Shown here: positions 58,222 to 64,000 of the stretch, piece after piece
How the letters are laid out: each line of letters starts with the position of its first letter
How positions within the stretch are numbered: the stretch's first letter is position 1
From: an uncultured candidate division Zixibacteria bacterium
GTDB lineage: Bacteria; Zixibacteria; MSB-5A5; UBA10806
Reading direction: 5' to 3'
Assembly (NCBI GenBank): GCA_963801605.1
Contig: CAWDFP010000009.1
Coordinates: forward strand, 1-64,000
DNA length: 64,000 nucleotides
Translations under genes and position numbers: made by a program
The notes under the pieces: model-generated
Database searches by the model: none
What the model was told of the DNA's origin: nothing
Seen by the model: the letters and a program-made list of their open reading frames with translations, nothing else

Positions 58222-58914
58222 TTACTCTCTAAGGGCAAAATCCACAGCGGCCCGGCAATGGATTTCAAGCGTATCAAGAAGGGGCAAATCCGTATCCTTG
58301 GGTTTAATTAGAAGCGGAATTTCGGTGCAACCAAGAATTATAGCCTGGGCTCCCTTTGCTCTGAGGCCCTCCATAATCTCAAGAAATCGTGATTTTGATT
58401 TTTCCAATATTACGTTCTTGAGTAGTTCTTGGATTATGGTTGCATGAATGAATTCGATGTCATTTTTCTCGGGCACAAGGACATCAATATTCTTTTGTCG
58501 AAGCTTCTCTTTATAGAATTCTTGCTCCATGGTAATCCTGGTACCTAGAAGACCGACCCTTGTAAATTGTCGAGCGTTAATTTCTTTGGCGGTAGCCTCG
58601 GCTACGTGAACCAACGGCAGTTTCGTTTTCGTTGATAATTCATCAGCGAATTGATGCAGCGTATTGGCGCATAGAAGCAGGCACTCGGCGCCGGCGGATT
58701 CAAGCTTACCTGCTGCATCGAGTACCATATTATAAACACCTCTGGCGTCGCCGCGCCTGTTAAAGGCGTCAATTTCGGAATAATTAAACGAATAGAGCAC
58801 GCACTTGGCGAAATTAAGCCCGCCAAGCTTTTCGTTGGTCATTTCATTTATATTTTTATAATATTCGAGAGTCGATATCCAGCCGGTCCCGCCAATTAAT
58901 CCGATTATTTTCAT
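58222..58914 (-). CDS. Aspartate/glutamate racemase family protein
   Basis: IGLIGG..W.ST..YY, catalytic CANT and GCTE. Confidence 0.93.
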   Translation of the reverse strand: MKIIGLIGGTGWISTLEYYKNINEMTNEKLGGLNFAKCVLYSFNYSEIDAFNRRGDARGVYNMVLDAAGKLESAGAECLLLCANTLHQFADELSTKTKLPLVHVAEATAKEINARQFTRVGLLGTRITMEQEFYKEKLRQKNIDVLVPEKNDIEFIHATIIQELLKNVILEKSKSRFLEIMEGLRAKGAQAIILGCTEIPLLIKPKDTDLPLLDTLEIHCRAAVDFALRE

Positions 58915-58980
58915 GTCGATTACTCACTTTTCCCGATATATCCCATATTTTAATAGAGTTCATTTACCTCAAGCTATGAT

Positions 58981-59559
58981 TTAATTTCGCATTCGTGGTT
59001 TGAAATATTGAACTTCCGTATACTTTGTGAGCATCATCTTACGCATGAATAGGCTTGACGCCTTACTCCGCTTTTTAAATTTCGGAAAAAGCCATACAGA
59101 GTATACCACGATCAAAAGAGCTATATCAATAGTCAGGATTATCGGGTTATCCCAGCCGATCCCATTGACTTTGAAATTTGATATCGGCCAGATGAAAGGC
59201 GTCGGAAATAGTGCCAGAGAATGTGTCGGGATATCGATCAGAATATGCAGTCCCCAGGCGGCGATAACCCATACCGGTTTTTTAGCTACAATCCAGATTA
59301 CAGAGAAGACCAAGACGAAAATGATCAAGCTGTGAGTAATATTATATAGATTTTGGGCAAACAAAGGGTAATCAGTGATATTGGGATGACCATGTTCCCA
59401 ACCCGGCATTCCGCCTATTCCTAAAAGATAAAGAGCGCCAAAGAGCCCCTCCGTGAGTATGTCGGGTAATATAGAAATGACCGCGGCCAGCAGAAAAAGC
59501 TTTTTGCTCCTTCTTCCGAAAGAGACACCGCCCCAAAGAGCATGCGACACGAAATCCAT
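58981..59559 (-). CDS. Membrane-bound metal-dependent hydrolase (YdjM-like)
   Basis: MD..SH, PD, THS, HILID..TH motifs. Confidence 0.75.
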   Translation of the reverse strand: MDFVSHALWGGVSFGRRSKKLFLLAAVISILPDILTEGLFGALYLLGIGGMPGWEHGHPNITDYPLFAQNLYNITHSLIIFVLVFSVIWIVAKKPVWVIAAWGLHILIDIPTHSLALFPTPFIWPISNFKVNGIGWDNPIILTIDIALLIVVYSVWLFPKFKKRSKASSLFMRKMMLTKYTEVQYFKPRMRN

Positions 59560-59663
59560 AAGCTCATTTTATATCAACTGAATAATTTGAGCAACAATTA
59601 TTAAATCATAACCCATGACGATAAATTAGAATTTCAATAAGCTACAGATTTCCTGTGAATTTA

Positions 59664-59706
59664 AAATTATCCCCCGGTAGGATCATAACCCGTCCGGGGG
59701 TAATTT
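59664..59706 (-). terminator. Hairpin/terminator after the Sel1 gene
   Basis: AAATTATCCCCCGG...CCGGGGGTAATTT inverted repeat. Confidence 0.6.
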
Positions 59707-59757
59707 GGTTTGTGAGTGAGATTCATCCCACCAGGAATCTTATTTAAATGATAGCGG

Positions 59758-60578
59758 CTATTTCCGTTTGGCAATCCATTCCTGAGCCAGTTTCTTTGCC
59801 TGTGTCAACTGTTCTGGGTTAATTCACTTCCGATCTTATCACGCGCTTCTCCCATCCCTTTTTTCTGCTCTGGGTTTTCGCACCCTTCGACAGCCGCCGA
59901 AATCAGGGCATACGCCTCAACATTATCCTTGTTTACGCCAATTCCCTTATTATAGAAATTTCCCAACATCCATTGAGCGTCCACACTGCCGAGATCGGCG
60001 CCTTTTCGAAACAATTTTTCGGCTTCAACCGAATCAGCCTTGACTCCATTTCCCCATAAATATAACTGGGCCAGATGAAACATAGCCTCAGTATGATTCT
60101 GCTCGGCTGCCATACGATACCATTTCGCTGCTTCCGCCGGATCGGCCTTGACACCGCCCGGGATTCTTTCGCCGGCCTGGTAGAACATCCCCAGGCTTGT
60201 CTGGCAGTCAGAATTCCCCTTCTCGGCGCCACTGCGGAAATAGCTCATCGCCTTGGTCATATCCAATGTGACACCCATCCCATTAGAATACGCCACTCCC
60301 AAATCATACCAGGCGCTTGTCTTGCCGACATCGGCGGCCTTCTGAATCCATTGCAGGCCTTCGACTGCGTTGGTGTCTACTCCCTGCCCCTGAACCAGCC
60401 GTTCACCATACTCCAGCATAGCATCGGCATTACCCTTCATGGCGAGTGTCTTCAATTCGTCGATAGGAGTAGTTGAGTCGATCTTCTGCGGTTCCCCAAA
60501 TGCCAAGGCGGCCCATAGCATTAAGGCGGCGATCGTCAATTGCGCGAAACTCCGCCCGAACTGTTTCCTGAGTTGCAT
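59758..60578 (-). CDS. Secreted Sel1-repeat protein (one indel near the end)
   Basis: Signal peptide, about five LG..Y..G.GV..D...A..W..KAA units; tail EQLTQAKKLAQEWIAKRK ends at 59758. Confidence 0.88.
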
Positions 60579-60670
60579 GATTGATTCCTTTGTTTGTTGT
60601 GGCTTATATCTGGGTTTCTAATATTCTGTCAAACCAATTTGAACTTCAAGGTCAGCTTTGAAGGAACATA

Positions 60671-61359
60671 CTACCTATCGATTCCAGGCTCAATATCGGT
60701 ATCACTTTTATCACCTCGATATAGATAGATTCCCGCAAGTAATAACGGGACCCCTATAACTATTGCCGTAACAAGTTGTCCCCAATTATTTCTTAATCTG
60801 ACGATAAAAATCATCGATGCAATAGCTACTATAATGATAATTGCTCCGGCTAATCTCGGGAATTTTCTCGATAATAATCCTATACCGGCAATAATCAATC
60901 CCGGAATTATAGACATTATAGATTCCTACAAAGGATCCGGCGTCGAACGATGAAAACAAGCGCCACTAACAAACCAACCGAGATGATAATTTTGGGTGTA
61001 GTTTCGCGAAAATTCCTGGTAAGGATCACGTTGAATAAGGCTTTGGCCGTGAGCCCTACAATAATCGTCGTAATAAACATCTCGAAATCGTGGTTGTTTT
61101 CGGCGCTAAGCTTAATTGCGAAAATTACGCAGACTATTATCATCACGGCAAAACCGATATTACTTGAACGGTAATGGATGGTTAATTGACGCTCATCGAC
61201 GTAGCGCTTGGCGACCCCCAGAGATGCCAGCGTTGGACGAAGCAGATATGACCCGATCATCAATGCCAGCCAAAATTGGTTCTGTGTCGCCGCAAAAAGC
61301 CCGAGAGCCAATATGAAAATGCCACTGGCCCACCAAAATATGGGATCTTTCTTAAACAC
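60671..61359 (-). CDS. Multi-TM membrane protein (DUF2178-like DER motif; frameshifted)
   Basis: Adjacent hydrophobic ORFs 60916-61359 and 60671-60916 that probably form one gene; overlaps the XRE stop. Confidence 0.55.
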
Positions 61360-61561
61360 GGTCTTTTTCCTCCAGGTAGAATAGTTGATCGACTGTTGTT
61401 CCTAATTTTTCTGCCAGGAGCAGTGCCAGCTTCACTGATGGCGCATAATCGCCATGCTCTATCGATACGATAGTCTGCCGCGATACTCCTACCATATCTG
61501 CCAATTGCTGCTGACTTAGCTCGCCGCGATCGAATCTAAACCTTCTAAGATTTGTCTTCAT
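61352..61561 (-). CDS. XRE-family helix-turn-helix regulator
   Basis: LSQQQLA..VGVSRQTI.SIE.G.Y.PS..LA. Confidence 0.92.
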   Translation of the reverse strand: MKTNLRRFRFDRGELSQQQLADMVGVSRQTIVSIEHGDYAPSVKLALLLAEKLGTTVDQLFYLEEKDRV

Positions 61562-61607
61562 AACTTCCTACACCTCAATCCTCACCATTGAATTCGGCAT
61601 TATATAC

Positions 61608-61636
61608 ATTATTCTTGACATATTGTCAAGAATAAT
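61608..61636. promoter_or_regulatory. Perfect palindrome containing TTGACA on both strands (probable XRE operator)
   Basis: ATTATTCTTGACA-tat-TGTCAAGAATAAT, 13-bp arms. Confidence 0.65.
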
Positions 61637-61936
61637 ACACATCATGACAAACATAATTGTCATTATTTATAAGCTATTAGGTTGCTTCACGATACGCGCA
61701 TTGAGCCCAGCCGATTTTATTCGCGTCCCTTACCGGACACCATGTTTCGGTTTAAGTTGTACTATGTTGAAATTTTATGTAGTGATTTTTGATAGAATCT
61801 TTAATCCCATTGTTGCACTATTGTTTTAACATCCTGCTATGACGTCGATAAAGCGTTAGGAGAGGGTTCACTTATCTTTCTCCGATAACAAGGGCTTAGA
61901 ATCGGGAAATGTAAAATTAATTAAAGGAATTTACCG

Positions 61937-63076
61937 ATGAAGATTAAGCAGACGATATGGCAAAGGGACAAAGGCTGGGATCAGGAAGCTCTGGGCGGCC
62001 TTGATGAAGATCCGCAGCTTGTCTTAGTGTTTGGCGGTAATTCGGCGCTGGCAGATCCGAATGTTTTGGGTGAAGTTCAGGATGCTTATCATGGCGCTAA
62101 TGTATTTGGATGCTCAACGGCCGGGGAAATTCGTGGAACGCGTGTATTTGATGATTCGCTGGTGGTAACTGCTGTCCACTTTGAGCATTCTGAGGTAAGA
62201 GGGGCTCGAACGAAGGTCCTTGATAGCACCTGCAGCTATGATGCCGGCAGATATCTTGCTGAAAATATCGAAAAAGCCGGATTAAAGCACGCATTCGTAC
62301 TATCAGATGGGCTCAATGTAAACGGCAGTGAATTAGTTAAGGGCCTGATGGACAATCTTCCGAGCGATGTTTCGCTAACCGGGGGTCTCTCGGGCGATGG
62401 CGCCAGTTTCCAGCGAACTCATGTCATCTGGGATGGCGTACCTGAGCGGGATACGGTTGCTATCCTTGGTTTCTATGGCGAGAGGTTAAAAGTTGGATAT
62501 GGTTCTAAAGGAGGATGGGATTCTTTCGGTCCTGAGAGAGTTGTCACTCGATCCAAGGGAAATGTTCTCTATGAGCTGGATGGCCGGTCAGCACTTGACC
62601 TTTATAAACAATATCTTGGGGAACACGCTGCTGGTTTACCGGCGACAGGTCTGCTTTTCCCTCTGAGTCTTCGAAGCGAGGAAGGCCGAACCGGAGTCGT
62701 ACGGACCGTTTTGGCGATTAACGAGGATCAACAGAGTATGACATATGCAGGGGATTTACCCGAAGGTTCATATGCCCGATTGATGAAAGCAAATTTCGAT
62801 CGTTTGATTGATGGTGCCGGAGGGGCGGCAAGTGTATGCCGTCAGGGAATCAGTCCATCATCATCTGAGCTGGCCATCCTCATAAGTTGTGTTGGCAGGA
62901 AGATGGTTCTCAAGCAGAGAATTGAGGAAGAAGTGGAAAGCGTACAGGAAGTCCTGGGCTCGCAATCGATTCTCACGGGTTTCTATTCGTATGGAGAAAT
63001 ATCTCCGTTTACTCAAAGCGCAAAACCCGAATTACATAACCAGACAATGACAATCACTGCCTTATCGGAGAAATAA
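61937..63076 (+). CDS. FIST signal transduction protein (FIST_N + FIST_C; NosP-like)
   Basis: GCSTAGEI, SDGL.VNG, GG..GD, LYELDG..AL..Y..YLG, SCVGR, GFYSYGEI, LHNQTM. Confidence 0.92.
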   Translation: MKIKQTIWQRDKGWDQEALGGLDEDPQLVLVFGGNSALADPNVLGEVQDAYHGANVFGCSTAGEIRGTRVFDDSLVVTAVHFEHSEVRGARTKVLDSTCSYDAGRYLAENIEKAGLKHAFVLSDGLNVNGSELVKGLMDNLPSDVSLTGGLSGDGASFQRTHVIWDGVPERDTVAILGFYGERLKVGYGSKGGWDSFGPERVVTRSKGNVLYELDGRSALDLYKQYLGEHAAGLPATGLLFPLSLRSEEGRTGVVRTVLAINEDQQSMTYAGDLPEGSYARLMKANFDRLIDGAGGAASVCRQGISPSSSELAILISCVGRKMVLKQRIEEEVESVQEVLGSQSILTGFYSYGEISPFTQSAKPELHNQTMTITALSEK

Positions 63077-63081
63077 GTAGA

Positions 63082-64000
63082 TTGTTAGCAAAAGTTCACA
63101 GTTTGCTTCGCCGGCAGCTTGCTCGATTTTTCGGCCAGGCCGAAAATGTCCCCAGGGATTTACTGGGCTTTGTCACGGCTGTAAATGACGCTTATTGCCA
63201 GTTCGATGAAGATCGGGCAATGCTTGAACGGTCTTTGGATATGAGTTCGCAAGAATTGTTGCAGGCAAATTCTGATATGCGCGCTATTTTTCAAGTCCTT
63301 CCAGATTTATTTTTCAGACTCGATAGCGAGGGAACAATACTCGATTACAAAGCCGGCAGCGAAACAGATTTCTATGCCGATCCCAAATATTTGATAGGCA
63401 GGCGTATTCAGGATATTCCGGTTCCGTCGGCCAGTTTGATATTTGACCAGGCGGTTCAAAAAATAAAAAAATCAAAATCGCAGGTTAGTGCCGAGTATTC
63501 TTTGAAAGTCCAGAATCGCGTAGTTTTCTATGAGGCCAGATTCCTGCCGTTACCCGGAAATGAGATAATAACCATAATTCGCGATATTACGGAGCACAAA
63601 AAGGCCGAAAAAGAACAGCGCGACAGAGAAGAATTGTTTAGTGCTACACTTGAATCGACCGCAGATGGCATTCTGGTCGTCGATGAAAATGGTGTTGTCA
63701 CGCATACGAATGCTCGCTTCGCTGATATTTGGCATGTTAAGCGAGAGCATGTAGAAAAGTGTAGTAGTAAAGCACTGCTCAAACACATGCTTATCCAGCT
63801 AAAGGAGCGACGGGCATTTATAACCAGAGTTCGCGAACTCTACCGGCAACCCGATGTAATATTCGATACGCTTTTCTTGAAGGATGGACGGGTTTTTGAA
63901 CTGGCTGCCTATCCTCTAAATAAGGAAGGAGTGATGGCGGGTCGAGTATGGAGTTTTCATGACGTGACGGAGCGAAAGGTAGCTGAGGGACGAGTTGCAT
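63082..64000 (+). CDS. Multi-PAS sensor protein, probably a kinase or cyclase; truncated by the window end
   Basis: Open frame from TTG 63082 (not in the ORF track): HSLLRRQL..VNDAY...ERSL..SS.EL, then PAS units ending RDITEHK and HDVTERK. Confidence 0.85.
   Translation, partial: MLAKVHSLLRRQLARFFGQAENVPRDLLGFVTAVNDAYCQFDEDRAMLERSLDMSSQELLQANSDMRAIFQVLPDLFFRLDSEGTILDYKAGSETDFYADPKYLIGRRIQDIPVPSASLIFDQAVQKIKKSKSQVSAEYSLKVQNRVVFYEARFLPLPGNEIITIIRDITEHKKAEKEQRDREELFSATLESTADGILVVDENGVVTHTNARFADIWHVKREHVEKCSSKALLKHMLIQLKERRAFITRVRELYRQPDVIFDTLFLKDGRVFELAAYPLNKEGVMAGRVWSFHDVTERKVAEGRVA

Overview
Bacterial chromosomal window from a diderm organism. It carries Lnt, OmpA and a T9SS-type C-terminal domain, and the gene content suggests an FCB-group lineage such as Zixibacteria (inference only). 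0.3-13 kb: housekeeping genes (valS, DUF4139 protein, TPR lipoprotein, priA, HD hydrolase-purM-gpmI, lnt). 13-24.3 kb: a PorZ-like beta-propeller with a T9SS-type C-terminal domain, followed by a tightly packed glycan-modification cluster (GNAT, deacetylase, GT4/GT2, two GT-C membrane proteins). 24.3-24.8 kb: a regulatory gap holding a candidate sigma54-driven small RNA, a perfect DnaA box and MraZ boxes. 24.8-40.6 kb: dcw cluster from mraZ to ftsZ, without murB or ddl. 40.6-64 kb: accessory genes, namely OmpA/TSP3, SDR, a transhydrogenase alpha2+beta pair with no adjacent NAD(H)-binding domain I, a divergent nikR-nikMNQO operon with a clear operator, an FN3/LRR lipoprotein, a TMEM175 K+ channel, a CxxCxC outer-membrane barrel, qNor plus an Rrf2 regulator, small enzymes, and a FIST/NosP-PAS sensor pair cut by the window end. 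About 25 genes before ~44.5 kb, many of them essential, are split by small indels. I treat these as sequencing/consensus errors, so coordinates of split genes are approximate. I saw no CRISPR array, tRNA, rRNA or intact mobile element.
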